From: Paecilomyces variotii
Lineage: Eukaryota
Assembly (NCBI GenBank): GCA_004022145.1
Contig: RCNU01000001.1
Reading direction: 5' to 3' (one strand)
DNA: 64,000 nt
Shown here: positions 26,705 through 38,949 of the stretch, in pieces
Layout: each line of letters opens with the position of its first letter
How positions within the stretch are numbered: position 1 is the stretch's first letter
The notes under the pieces: model-generated
Seen by the model: the letters and a program-made list of their open reading frames with translations, nothing else
Database searches by the model: none
What the model was told of the DNA's origin: nothing
Program-made: the position numbers and the translations under genes

Positions 26705-29335
26705 TCAGCCTTCGTTGTTCCCCTGGAACGCTTCCGGGAAGAAGCCAGGGGGAGGCCATATGTCCGCGATAGATTGCGGATGGGTCAATGGCTGCGAGCC
26801 GATCAAGCGGTCGGGATCATTGCAGAATGCTTGGAATGTACTGTCGTCGATAAAACCGAAGTCTTCCAACGCCTCTTCACGACTGTTGGCCCACTCGTTT
26901 GTGTCTAGATAGGCAAGATCGTTGAAGATAGAATCTAGGTCACCATGAGGGGATGGGTTCTCAACGGCGGCCTGGGTTCCCTGACCTGTACCATGTGGCG
27001 CGTTGTTTGAGCTGGAAGGCTGGGCTGCGTTCGCGGCGGAGGAATCAGGAGTTGGAGGATGCGTCTGAGCACCAGGTCCTAGGCTTGCCTCTGGTCCGAT
27101 CTGCGAAACGGTCTTGCTAATCTCGACTGGAGTATCCAGTGGCCGTGAGAAAAGCTCCGAGAGAATCGAAAGGTCGACATTTTCCGTTGCGGAATTCTGT
27201 GGTGTGAGGTAATAAGAATCTATAGGGATTCTGATTCCCATGATGGGAGGAGTGAAATCGGTGTCAGTGTTTCCATTTCGATGGAAAGAACCCCACGACG
27301 AAGGCGCTATAGGGTTATCGTTCATTTTCTCTGGCTGTCTTATAGCGGCGTCCGCAGCGCCCGCGCCTAGGGGAAGAGAATTCCAGATGTCCTGTGTGGA
27401 TTTCTCCGGGGATATCAATCGCCTTTTCCCGACAGCTAATGAACGGGACGTATCACCCAAGAGGGCACGTCGCTCAATAGATGTCGCCAGGGATCGGAAT
27501 GCAGGCCAACAGTGACCAATCTCGAAGATCTCCTGGAGGACTGTTTCCAGCCATCTACGGAATGGGAAACTTTCCAACTCGAGTTTCTCCCGTACATTCG
27601 ACGCTCTTTCGACTATAGAACGACAGGCGAACTCGAAGATGGGCGGTAGTCCGCATGAATTGAAATTTTGACCATGTTGCGATAGCAGCGGTGCTATGCG
27701 GTATAGAAGTTTCTTGGTCGCATCAAAGGACGGTCTCTGCATACCAGGCTGATCACGTTCACCGGCCGTGAGACGGGAGAATAAAGACAATAAGGTCGCC
27801 GCGTACGTCAGAGCCAGATACGTCTGGTGCGGGAGTAACGGTGGAGAGCCATCCGAGGAACTACCTTCAACTTCCATCAGTCGACACCTTGATGGCAATC
27901 GTTCGTCCCATTTCTTTAAATCCCGGAGAATCCGCTGCGTGAGGACCTGGTCACGATTGCCTGTTGAGAGATCCCGCGCAATCTTGTTCAGAACCGCTGC
28001 CAGTTCGATCAGGCGATTGAAACAACTGAGAGCCAAGAGCGGACCACGACGAGGCATACCTGGTCCCTGGGTCCGATGTTCGCCAGATAGACAGAGAACA
28101 TCTACCCATGGGCTCCATTCTTCCAGACCGTCTTCCTCCAGAGGCGGGATCTTGGCCAGGTCTTCTGGCCGCATACAGGGGCATCGCGAGAGGCGAACAG
28201 CCAGCAGGGAGTCGATCACGAAACAACCCAGAAAGGCCGCTTTTCCCTGCTTGATCTCCGACGCCCTTCGGGGCGGTGGGAGAATGCCTCCTTGTCCCAT
28301 CGCGACCACCATGCGTGTCGCCTGCCCACTGAGCAGCCAGGCCGCCGTCCAGTCCTCCAGACCCATATTGACCATCGTCAATAGCAATAAGGCCTGGATA
28401 TGGCCTATCTCGAATTTCTCCTTCTCCGATGGGATTAGGCTGCGTGCCACCTTGTAGTATTCCTGCACCTTTGGCGACATAGCATTTCCCGTGTTCTCCG
28501 CCGATCCAACCCGTATGGGATGCCGTTGAGCAACCGTATAACTGAGGATAGCCCACAGAGCGGCATGATCTCCAGAACCAGATGTAGACTTCCCAGCCGA
28601 AACAGGAGCCGTGGGGTAGAGGTAGGACGCCTTGAGAACATTGTGCTTGGCGATAATGGGGAACCAGGTATGCGTTTTGGCGAAGTACCATTCTAATAAC
28701 TGGGAGGTCTGCGGCGGCAATTCCAAAGCCTGCGGACTGGATGCCGCCGACCTATCCCTATCAGTGTCCGTCGAGAAAGAATGTCTGGGCCTCTTCGCTG
28801 GGGGAGCGTCGGAAGTATTCACCACCCGGGGCGTATCCAACGCCTTGGAGGTGGAATCTCGTGCAACGCGGAAGCCCCATTCCTCATCGCTATGGCCGCG
28901 GGGGCATTTGACAAAGGGCAGGGTTCGATCGGCATCCTGGTTTGTGAGCATCTTCTCGAGGGCACCATAGAGCTTGCTGGACTTCCAGGTCTCGTGCAGG
29001 CTTTCTGCGGCGCTATCATCGGTCCAGAGACTCATCAGTTGCGGCCGTCGTGTAGCGGACTCTGCCGTTACCCCCAGCAAGTTCAGCATGGTGTCCTCGA
29101 GCCCGTCGATATTGCAGAGGGACAGTGCCCATAGTTTCTCGAGGCCTCTGACATAGCCCTCGGGCAGACCACGCTTCTTCGCATGGGGGTCATAGGAGCA
29201 GACGTGACCGGATGTCTGGCAAGCCGAGCAGGTCGGGCGAATCCCGTCGCATTTATCCTTCTTGCTGCGACAGCGGTCGCAGGCGCGCGATACCCTCTTG
29301 CGACGAGAGCCTCTGAGCTCCGATCCCTCTTCCAT
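26705..29335 (-). CDS. Zn(II)2Cys6 transcription factor, QutA/QA-1F-like
   Basis: RVSRACDRCRSKKDKCDG..CSAC..C followed by KKRGLPEGYVRGLE; fungal TF middle region (YFAKTHTWFPII); intronless, 876 aa. Confidence 0.9.
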   Translation of the reverse strand: MEEGSELRGSRRKRVSRACDRCRSKKDKCDGIRPTCSACQTSGHVCSYDPHAKKRGLPEGYVRGLEKLWALSLCNIDGLEDTMLNLLGVTAESATRRPQLMSLWTDDSAAESLHETWKSSKLYGALEKMLTNQDADRTLPFVKCPRGHSDEEWGFRVARDSTSKALDTPRVVNTSDAPPAKRPRHSFSTDTDRDRSAASSPQALELPPQTSQLLEWYFAKTHTWFPIIAKHNVLKASYLYPTAPVSAGKSTSGSGDHAALWAILSYTVAQRHPIRVGSAENTGNAMSPKVQEYYKVARSLIPSEKEKFEIGHIQALLLLTMVNMGLEDWTAAWLLSGQATRMVVAMGQGGILPPPRRASEIKQGKAAFLGCFVIDSLLAVRLSRCPCMRPEDLAKIPPLEEDGLEEWSPWVDVLCLSGEHRTQGPGMPRRGPLLALSCFNRLIELAAVLNKIARDLSTGNRDQVLTQRILRDLKKWDERLPSRCRLMEVEGSSSDGSPPLLPHQTYLALTYAATLLSLFSRLTAGERDQPGMQRPSFDATKKLLYRIAPLLSQHGQNFNSCGLPPIFEFACRSIVERASNVREKLELESFPFRRWLETVLQEIFEIGHCWPAFRSLATSIERRALLGDTSRSLAVGKRRLISPEKSTQDIWNSLPLGAGAADAAIRQPEKMNDNPIAPSSWGSFHRNGNTDTDFTPPIMGIRIPIDSYYLTPQNSATENVDLSILSELFSRPLDTPVEISKTVSQIGPEASLGPGAQTHPPTPDSSAANAAQPSSSNNAPHGTGQGTQAAVENPSPHGDLDSIFNDLAYLDTNEWANSREEALEDFGFIDDSTFQAFCNDPDRLIGSQPLTHPQSIADIWPPPGFFPEAFQGNNEG

Positions 29336-30185
29336 GAGGGCTGGCGTTTAGGAACACGCGGACATGACCTGCCGTGGCGAACGATGCACACTCGTGAGAG
29401 ACATCCAAGGCGTCGAGGAGAGACGATACACAATCACCGCGATTGCTTTTTCAATGTTTTCCTAGAAGACGATTCCCACGGGGACGATCTGGGGTATGTG
29501 TCGTGGGGTTTCTGGTCCTTTAGTCACGTTCCGCCATTGTCTGCGGAACGGATTAGATAAGATTAGTCGGTGTACGGAGTAGTTCCGTCGTCGGTCATCA
29601 GTATTCTTATACTGGTGTTTCCAGGGGACGTCGACAATGATGCTTTGGACAATTAATTCTGATATTGTGTATTAGACTATCTCATACTCTACAATTTCCC
29701 ATGATACGAGCTTGGTTCTGTGGTTTGAGATCTCCAGTTCGTCTAACCACGAGGGTAAGCTGTACTAAACTATCGACAAAACACATGATACCAGATTAAT
29801 GATCTGATACGAACGGTGCAGCTTCTGGCCACTGCCGCGCCAGATGAAGGACCAATGCTCCTTAGTAAGTCCACCAGTTGAGACGTGCTGTCTCCATCGT
29901 TAAGCTTAAAGAGCCGGTTCAACGGGGCTTAAAGATCTTGTTGAGTTTAACAGATAGCTTTATCCTCGACGGAATCGATACACAAGGTAAAATCTCATTT
30001 GTACTTATCAGAATATAGAGTTGACCAGTCGCCGTTCAGATATATTTGTATTTGCAGTGGTTCGGGATCGGGCATACCATAGATAGAACGCATTTCAAAT
30101 ACACACAGCAGCAGATCGCTAAGAATCCAATACACTTATAGAGGATGCGTTGCCCCAGAAATAAGTAAACAAATATATAACTACT

Positions 30186-30247
30186 CTGGATAATAAAATA
30201 ATAATAATAATAATAATATAATAATAAAATAATAAAATAATAATAAC
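30186..30247. repeat. Imperfect (AAT)n microsatellite
   Basis: Run of ATAATAATA units. Confidence 0.85.
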
Positions 30248-30845
30248 TTATGCCCCTGACCAGCCCCACAAGTAGTCTAAAAGACCCGCTAAGGCTGACC
30301 GCCCAGCCTGCTGATTGGCCCCTTGCTTTAACTGTTCCTGAAGCTTCAATTCACATCTCTTTCTATCTTTCTATCCATCTCTTCTGCTCCTCTTCCGTTT
30401 CTCATCGGACGGCCGTTCCTCCAAGGCACTTCAATCTCCCTCTTACCCTCCCATCAGGGGGGCGTTCTCTCGGTCTGTCCATTCGCTGATTCTTCTGTGC
30501 CATTCCCTCTCTTCTTTGGCCTCCCATCAAGCCCATGCATCCCGATCCCTCCTGGGATATCGCCGCCCATTACGGGACCACCATGCCAGCGCGAGCCACA
30601 GAACCTGCCGCCTTTGCTGCGGCCACAGCAGGCTGGAAGAAGCGGAAACTGGATGCCGTTTACCATGAGCATCCAGCATTACCAGACGAGTAAGTAGACA
30701 GAACGAAAAGGACTACGTCCCGGAAGATGTAGGGGGAAGTATCCGACTGACATGAAACGGTAACAACAGAACCACTTTCTCTCCATCACCTGTACAACAT
30801 AATCTCTATTCTCCACTTCACGTCGATTATCGAACTGAAGATGAG

Positions 30846-31493
30846 ATGATGAAGTCGAATCCAGCGTTTCTTGCAACAGATGCAATGATGCATCCTCGCC
30901 CCCGCATTCAGCCCTCCCTCACGAAAAAGCGACGCCTATTGCATCAGCAGCAACAGCAACCACAACAACCACAGTACATCCAGCAACCTCAACCTCGATT
31001 ATATGCCCTTAATACGAATCTCAAAACCCCCTCGAGACTCTACTCGCCGGAGATCTCACCTAAGACTATCCCTTCCTCTATGGACCAACATCAGTATCCC
31101 ACCCAGGTGGCTGCTGCCTCTGTCCTCCGTCCCTGCCACATCTGTCACCGACGACCGACAACGCGTGAGGTACTCGACGCATATGCGACTTGTGAACTTT
31201 GTGGCGAGCGAGCGTGTTACATTTGCCTAAGGGAGTGCAGCGCGGTGGATTGCCGGGGCGCGGGCTCGACCCCTTCCATTGCTGTCCCGTCTCTGTATGG
31301 ACCGGATGCCATGATTGATGACACCGATGATGTTCCCCCTGCAAGTGGTTGGAGACAGACCGATTGGAGGTATCCGCAGGCAGCAGATGTCGGGAAGAGA
31401 AGGAAAGTGTGCTCATGGTGTGCGGTCGAGGGGTTGACTGACGGTGGCATGGAAGTCGTACATTGTCTGGACTGTGTCCGGCGGGTGACATGA
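30846..31493 (+). CDS. Hypothetical Cys-rich (zinc-finger-like) protein with a Q-rich tract
   Basis: CxxC pairs CHIC, CELC, CYIC, CSWC, CLDC; KKRR NLS-like motif. Confidence 0.75.
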   Translation: MMKSNPAFLATDAMMHPRPRIQPSLTKKRRLLHQQQQQPQQPQYIQQPQPRLYALNTNLKTPSRLYSPEISPKTIPSSMDQHQYPTQVAAASVLRPCHICHRRPTTREVLDAYATCELCGERACYICLRECSAVDCRGAGSTPSIAVPSLYGPDAMIDDTDDVPPASGWRQTDWRYPQAADVGKRRKVCSWCAVEGLTDGGMEVVHCLDCVRRVT

Positions 31494-32060
31494 CTTTGAT
31501 ACCGCGGGTCATTCAACAATTGGAGCGACTATCTCAGGAGGAAGAACATAGTTTTTCGGGGAGGTTTACACGGAATCAGCACAAACACGACTGGAAGGAC
31601 AGGACACGTCGTTTTCTCCCATCATTTCTATTATCACTTTCCTACAGTCTCATGTCATATTATACCCACACCCTGTATATCCTGTCAGATTATACCCGCA
31701 TCGTTCCAATGGAAGAGTATAATGAAACGGATTCTATGATATTCCAGAGTTAATTTATCCCAAACAAATCAGAAAAATACCGACTTCAAGTTCGATGCAT
31801 ATAATACAAAGAGAAAATAAAGATAGATTTACACCATTTAAAAATGTGGGTTTGTCTCCCCTATAAAACTATGCGCCATTCCAAACACTGCTAGCAGAAG
31901 GAGTGGTATATAATTTTCGAACCACCCCCAAAGGAGAATCGAGAACAAGGAAAGCAAGATGCATGTCCGTATGGAGATTTATATATATATATTCTCGGCA
32001 CAAGATGCGATGTTGCCAATCCCCCTCCCAATCCATCATGCAAAGAGATGAAATATCTGA

Positions 32061-33174
32061 TTACCGCCCGAATCGCATCTGGGCCCTCGCGTACCGACAC
32101 AGCCCGCGCAGGAAGCCTTGATATTCGACCGCGTCCCGGCCACCGGTGATGCTGCTGCTACGGTCGCCGGTGCAGAAGATCTCTGTCAGACGAATCTGCC
32201 ATGGTGGATATCCATCCAGCTTCACATAAGGACCGAAGATCAAGAGTAGGTCTGGCTCTGGTGAGATGATGGGAGTCGGCAACAGACCGTCATCGCCGTT
32301 TTGCGTTGGCTGCGACGTGATTTCACTGATCTCTGCATCGATCAGTTCCGTGCTGATGTCGTCAGGTGAGAGCTTGCCGTTCTGCGCCATCTCGGTCAAG
32401 GTCTTGGTAAGGTCGACCAGCGTCTCACGTCCATCCGGGGCGGAAAGAAGGAGGATAGTCAACGTTGCAGGGTTGTGCTTATTCTCGCTCCTTTCGACAT
32501 CTGACAGACGGTAGACGGGATGGTGAGGAGCAAAGACCAAGAGAGTGGGTTGATGCGAAGGAGGTCCATAGTAGGAAGCGAGTTTACTGGTGACGACCTG
32601 GTGCAGAACTGGTATGTAGGACTTGAGGATGCCTGGAATCTTGTCAGTATAGGTGCCAGTGCATGTTCCATAGCCGATGCGTACCGCTCTTCTCATAGAT
32701 GCTCAATGTCGGAATCCCAGCACATGCACTCCAGGCCGCGAGTTCTGCTACTTCATCCATGAGCCCTTCCAGCGCATCTTCCTGCTTCCGCAGCGAGAGC
32801 ACCACGCTCAAATGCTCTGGCAGACGGTTTAATCCCTTGACATCCTTCTGAATCAGCTCCGGTGTGTGGTGGTGATAGTACAGGATAGCTAAGATCCGAT
32901 CCACGACGGCACGGTAGCTCTGCGTCAGACGAACGTAGATGCTAAAGCAAATATGAATGAGGGTATAGAGCAGCAGGTGCAGCTGTGACTTGACGAAGTT
33001 TCGAATCGGTGTAGGCTTCTGTTTCCGTCCGCTCTTGCGGCGTGGAGTTCGACGTAGCTCCGAGGGCTCTGGCAGATAGGACCGGACGATGCGCTCCCTG
33101 TCGGAGACAGACAGGGAGGTTCCTCGAGTACGAACGTCCCGCCGGAGCAGTTCTGCGTCTTTGGTAGACACCAT
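32061..33174 (-). CDS. NUS1: Dehydrodolichyl diphosphate synthase complex subunit Nus1
   Basis: LPEHLSVVL, LAAWSACAGIPTLSIYE, EPDLLLIFGPYVKLDGYPPWQIRLTEIF, terminal RFGR (RxG motif); intron 32633-32684. Confidence 0.92.
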
Positions 33175-33471
33175 GGCGGGTGGACTGTTTCTTCAGGACG
33201 GGAGAGGATCGGTGATGATGGTACGGAAAGGAAAGGATTGGGTTCCGTGGTATTAGATTACTGGGGACGTGGCGATACCCCACACGAGAGCTGCGGACTT
33301 CCCATTCCTACTTATGGAGCTTCATCAGAAACGCCCCTCGAAAGAAAGGAACCTACGCTTCACACCAATACTTATCTATGGAGACTTCAGTTCCTTGAAT
33401 CGATCTCCCTCATCCCCGTTTACGTCCTTGTCCGGCTGCATGCATGGGAGTGACTGTCGGAAATCGCAGCC

Positions 33472-36206
33472 ATGCCGGACAGCATCTCCAGTTCCCAGTC
33501 GGGTGCCACGTCGCGCACCGTATTCCCCAAAGGCCCCAGCTTCAGTCTCGAGGACTTTTCTAGTCGCGACTATATTGTCAAAGATTTTATCGAATCCTTA
33601 TCCGACAGCGCCCATCCATCACGGCGATCTGGTGTCGGTGCCCCCAACAGCTCGAATCAACCTTTCGATCCGAAACCCCTCATCCGAACGTTCGAAAATG
33701 CCCAACGCAGGCTCAATGATCTGTCTGGCGACCTGGAGATTCGCGAAAATGAACTATCGGCCGCAGTCCGCAGGGCGGAAGCGCAGCATACCCAAAACCT
33801 GAAAACACTGGGCAGGAAGCTCAACGAGACTATCGAATCGTTCCAGAAGCTGGACACGTCTCTGAATGGAGGAGGGGGCATCGCTGCGGAAGCCACCGGT
33901 GGTACCGGAAATATGGCGGTGGAAATCGGCAGGAAGCTGGAGGAGCTTGACAGGCAGAGACGACGTGCGCTGGACGCGCATTTCTTGATCGAATGCTGGG
34001 ACGAGGTCTGTAATAGGGGAGAAATCACGCTTCTGGAGAGTCTGAGGAGAGCTGGTAGCAGTGAAGGACGGATACGCTCTGCTCACATTGCACGCCAGTT
34101 GCTGAGAATCAGCCAGAGGCTCGACCCGCGAAGCTGGAACGAGACAAATGGAGGAGGTAAGGGCTACACAAACGGTGGTACATCCCCTGGAGCCAACGAG
34201 GCCGGAGGCACCGGAGGCAACGAGGAGAGAAGGAATACAAGGGAGATTATCGAGAAATTCTCCGAGACGCTCGAGAAAGATCTCTTGAAGCAGTTCGACG
34301 ATTTTTACCGCAAGGCCAACTTCGATGGAATGAAAGATTGCGCAACTGTGCTTCGGGACTTCAATGGCGGTTCCAGCGTCATTGCGCTTTTCGTCAACCA
34401 GCATCAGTTCTTCATTGATCGCAGCCAGTTAGTTAATGATGAAGTAGGTGGAGATCCAGAGTCATGGGAGAAAATGGCCGATCCAGATGCCGAAACCCCC
34501 GGCGTCGAACCGAGTCTACAGTCATTGGTGGATGAAGTCAAAGTCGTCGTTCAGGAAGAATCGGCTATCATCAAGAGAGCTTTCCCGTATTACGATGAAG
34601 TACTAGGGAGATTTCTACAGAGAGTATTCCAGCAATCCATTCAGCAGCGATTGGAAATGGTTCTGGAGAAAGCAAGCAGCGTGTCTTCGCTTGCATTCCT
34701 GCGCTGTCTCCAAAGCTCGCGGAGTTATATCAGTGCTCTAGTGGATGATCTCAAAGCTCATGGCTTAACTGAGCATCCCGATGCGATCTCATCGCAGACG
34801 GCCGTTGTTCTCGATCAGCAGCTGGAAGATCTCTTCGTACCGTACTTTGTGGGTTCATCGTACATTGAGCGAGAGAAGAGGAATCTGGAGGAACTATTCA
34901 CCGCTTTGATGTTCAAATTCACAGCCTACCATGCTCGCAGAAAGAAAGCCGCGACCACCTTCATGGTATCTCTGGCAAAATCGGGGAGCGAATTTCTGGC
35001 CTCGGCTAGAGACGCCTACGTGAACCGCCTTGACTCTCCCGACTTCACCCCTACACAAAAGAAGACTCTACTCCGCATTGCTGGCCTTAGAGAATCAACA
35101 GAATCGGTGAAGCAACCTGATACAGAACTGACAGATGCGGACGGACAGCTGAACGTAGCATTTGCGAAGCGTATGCTCAAGTGGCTAGCTGAGGGTGTCG
35201 GCCGTGGGCTCGAGCTCAGTGTTAACAGCGAAACGCCAAAGGATGTCTCCGTGCTTCTGGGCTTGCTTTTGTCGATGGTAGGTGAAGGATACATTGAAGT
35301 CGCTCTTGACGCCGCTCTCGATTCTGCAGCGGCTCAAGAGACCGCTAAGACCGAGCCGGATTTCGGTTTCTTGCCCAATCTCCATGCCGCAATCACTATC
35401 ACAAACCTGATGATCACTTGTATCAACACGGTACTAATTCCCCTTGCGGCGGGCGGCATAACTATCCGTCGGGAAATGGAGAAGCGGACAAACATGCAAG
35501 TCAACCGGATCGAAGAGAAGATCAATACTATCGAACAGAGGACAGTCGATGCAGCCTTGACGTGGGTGACACGCCTTTTGTCCAACCAAAAGAAGAACGA
35601 CTTCCGGCCCCGCGAAGCAGATGGCACAGAATGGCTGGAGATGTTGCAGACACCGGTAAGTCACCGAAGTCAGTCGCAGCTAATGTATATATACTGACCT
35701 CATTTCAGACAGCTGCTTCTGTATCCACTTTTCTTACCCGCGTACACAATATTGTTGTCACGTCTCTTCCAGCAAGCGGCGCAAACGTTCGAAATCTTCT
35801 CACTGAGCTTGCTTTGGGAACTAGAAGCATCCTGCTGGAGCATTTCAAGCGCTTCTATGTCAATGGACCTGGTGGTCTGATGGTCACCAAAGATGTGACA
35901 AGATACGTTGAACTACTCAAGTCTTGGAACATCGAGGAGGATGTTAAAGCTCCTGGAGGTCTTTTGGACGTCCTGCTCGAGGTTGGCAGTCTGTTTGTCA
36001 TCGGTCCAGAAGCCCTCAGAGAGAGAATCCGCGGAGGCGCTGCAGGCGGCGCAACTGGAGGACCTGGCAATTCTGGTTCAAATAGTGGAGGCGCACCCGC
36101 GCAAGGGAAGGGTGCTACATTGTCCGTGCAAGAAGTCAGAGCGTATGTTCTTCGCAGGGAAGACAGCAACACTTACGCAATGCAGAGCGTTCTGAACGCT
36201 CTATAA
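33472..36206 (+). CDS. SEC10: Exocyst complex component Sec10
   Basis: FDPKPLIRTFE, IEKFSETLEKDLLKQFD, QKKNDFRP, GGLMVTKD; intron 35656-35708. Head-to-head with NUS1 (~300 bp apart). Confidence 0.93.
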
Positions 36207-37118
36207 CCTTGCAAGGTCTCTTCTCATGTTTCGTTGCTATATGGCGGGAGATTATTATGGTTATACTCCACGCACAGCTCCACTGCTCCTGCTTTACGAA
36301 TTGTATACCCCCTTGCAAGCTTAGCTGTTTTAACAATGTGATGCCAATCATCGACTGTCGTTGGTATAGATATATCTGAATGGGACCCTATGTGTATCCG
36401 AGAGTAGTGGTATAGAAATGGAAGCAAATAACTATAGTTCGATATTAGTAAGTCCTACTTGTCATCAGAGAATCCGAGTGACCTGGGGGAATACCATGAT
36501 ATCACCGTATCAATATGGCAACATCCACTGAGGTTTCTCAGTCATCATCTCGACTAAAAAACCACATATGCAGTGGATCCAACGGGGCCAAAAGACCCCA
36601 GAGATATCACTGATTAAAGGAAATGGCCAGCAATAGTCGGCTAACAAGTAATGAAGCAGCTAGTGCTAGAGCGCATATTTGCTACAAGGCAAAAGGCCGC
36701 AGAGTGAATATATCCTCCGGCGAGGTTGCATTGACCACGGCACGAAGCTGCCACACGGCATACATGCTTTATGGTACTTTTTGCCACAAGCTCTAAAACA
36801 AAGCGTAAAATGGCGCGCAGGGCGCTTTATAGTAGGGACTCCCTATGGCTAAGTTACAAGTACATATAAGGTCTTTGAAATATTTGGTTTGATAATGTAG
36901 CTATCCAAGTAGTCACCGATCTGTTGACTTCTCGATAAATTTAACATTTTCCACCAAGTAGAGATGTCTCGCGTATCACACACCTCAAGTTATCGTCGAG
37001 GATATGTTCTGGTAATGCTAAAGCATGAATTATGAGCACCATTAGGTTTGAAAAGAAAGAAAATAGCAAAGAAGTATGACCCAAGAGATCACGCAATGGA
37101 CCAAAAAATTTGGAGCCT

Positions 37119-38054
37119 TTAAGAGCAGCTGTCTGAAACTTGAGAAAGAGACCGACTGCGATCTGCATGTTCCGAGGATTGTTCTTCACGCCAGCTATAC
37201 AGTCGGTTGAACAGCTCGGCCTCCATTCGCTCCGCTGGTTGCGGCCCCCGGCGAATTTCTCCCATCATGTCGGTACCAGGTGGAAAGTCGAACTCGAATA
37301 TTGGTCCACCAGCACCGCGCATATTGATAAGCACGGCCTGCTCAAAGTGCCAGAGCAACAGGGCATCGATAACACTTAATGGATTGCCCGGCTGACGACA
37401 CACAGTATGCAAGACATTACCTTGGAGATCCCAAGTAGATGGACGAAAGGTCTGCACTCTGTAGCCATTATTGGGATTAATAGCGATGAAGTAATTATCC
37501 CACAGAGAATGAATATCCGCCCGAAGTAGGATACCGTTTTGGGGTGAATTAACACCTGGCGGATCATTGTAAGTCATCAGCTGGGCAAATCCCTGGCTGA
37601 TAAAGAGAGGATCGAGTGCCAAAGGGAAGATATGGGCTGCTTCAAAACCAGTCCAAATCCCTACATCCGCATCCTGATTGATACGGCCAGTGATCACACA
37701 GCGCCTATCGCGAGTGCGGACTTGGTCCCGGAATGCATCTTCTCTAGGTGTATTTGACAATGACAGTGTGCGGGGGTGCCACTGTTCGTCACTTATTTCC
37801 ACTTGCTCTCCCGCTGTTCGAGGATGGAGGATGTAACTACCGCGCTGTAAAGGCTGATTGGTACGGGTAATTGGAGTATTGGAGCCATAGAAGCGTACTT
37901 CGAATCCACCAATTGCTCTGAATGCAATATTGAGCATATCAATGAACTCACGTCTGGTGAGGTTTTGCGCAGCACAGAGTCCACCCTGGACTACACCAGG
38001 TTGATGCGAGAAGTAGATAAACACATTGCGGGAGGCTGAGCGACTAGGAGACAT
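37119..38054 (-). CDS. HNH endonuclease domain protein (HNH_2 type)
   Basis: FRDQVRTRDRRCVITG, FEAAHIFP, NSPQNGILLRADIHSLWD, plus an N-terminal domain of ~100 aa. Confidence 0.85.
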   Translation of the reverse strand: MSPSRSASRNVFIYFSHQPGVVQGGLCAAQNLTRREFIDMLNIAFRAIGGFEVRFYGSNTPITRTNQPLQRGSYILHPRTAGEQVEISDEQWHPRTLSLSNTPREDAFRDQVRTRDRRCVITGRINQDADVGIWTGFEAAHIFPLALDPLFISQGFAQLMTYNDPPGVNSPQNGILLRADIHSLWDNYFIAINPNNGYRVQTFRPSTWDLQGNVLHTVCRQPGNPLSVIDALLLWHFEQAVLINMRGAGGPIFEFDFPPGTDMMGEIRRGPQPAERMEAELFNRLYSWREEQSSEHADRSRSLSQVSDSCS

Positions 38055-38949
38055 GGGTATCACTTTTATTAGGGTGTTAGTGAGAAAACTGCTTGTTTTC
38101 CTAGAGATCAAAGTCTGTGATAAGATAACTCACCAGCGAAAATCAGAGCATTAAGCAGAGTCTTGATAATGCAAATCTCCAGGTTCACGTGGTGTATGTA
38201 GGTAGGTATGTACTGACAAGTAGCAAAGCACAACTGAGATAGGGAAGTGGAGGAAGATCCAAGATGTGCTAGCAGACGCTCACTTTATAGTGGGGCAAAA
38301 ACAAGAAAGAAATGGATGTTTCTCATTATTCACTGTGAGGAAGAGTGATGCAAGCCATATTTTCACAAGGTAGCCTTTAGGTACCTAGTTCCATGATCCA
38401 ACCACAGCCCCCATTTTGAAAGCTTATCCGACGTACTATTGAGGCGATAAATAACCTTTTATAAGTCGAAAAAAGAATAGATTAAAGCAATAGTAACTAG
38501 AGCTTATAACCTCTTAGATGTGCAGCTGTAAAACCTAGAGATGCTCAATTAAGGAACAAATCTAGGGAGATGCTATATACTTAAGCACCTGGCTAGTGGC
38601 ATACCTACGGAGTAGATCATGTGCCAAGCCACACGGCAGGCGGGGTGCCATAAGTAACTTGAGGCCACTCCGCCATTTCGTCTTTGCTCTACTTTCCCCC
38701 TTTTCCTCCTCGAGGGCTGATATCGAGGAGATAATAATCCTCTACAATAATAGGTATGCATGGATCTTAGTTGCTATCCCTACGACTTCCACCCATTTGC
38801 TTCACCCTAGGGTTGATTTTCAGCTCACCCTTTCTCTACCCCGCAGAGCAGATCCCCAAGCCAGTTACATGTTTAAAAGGCCAACGAAGCTGACAGGACA
38901 GCAGTTTTTTTTTTTTTTTTCTAGTTGACTTTTCGCATTAAACGTCAAG

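Noticed and set aside
27768-29156. Long antisense and alternate-frame ORFs over the transcription factor (similar ones over the monooxygenase, SEC10 and VPS10)
   Set aside because: Shadow ORFs of real coding sequence with no motifs of their own.
30036-30269. Tyr-rich 77-aa ORF
   Set aside because: Translation of the (AAT)n microsatellite.
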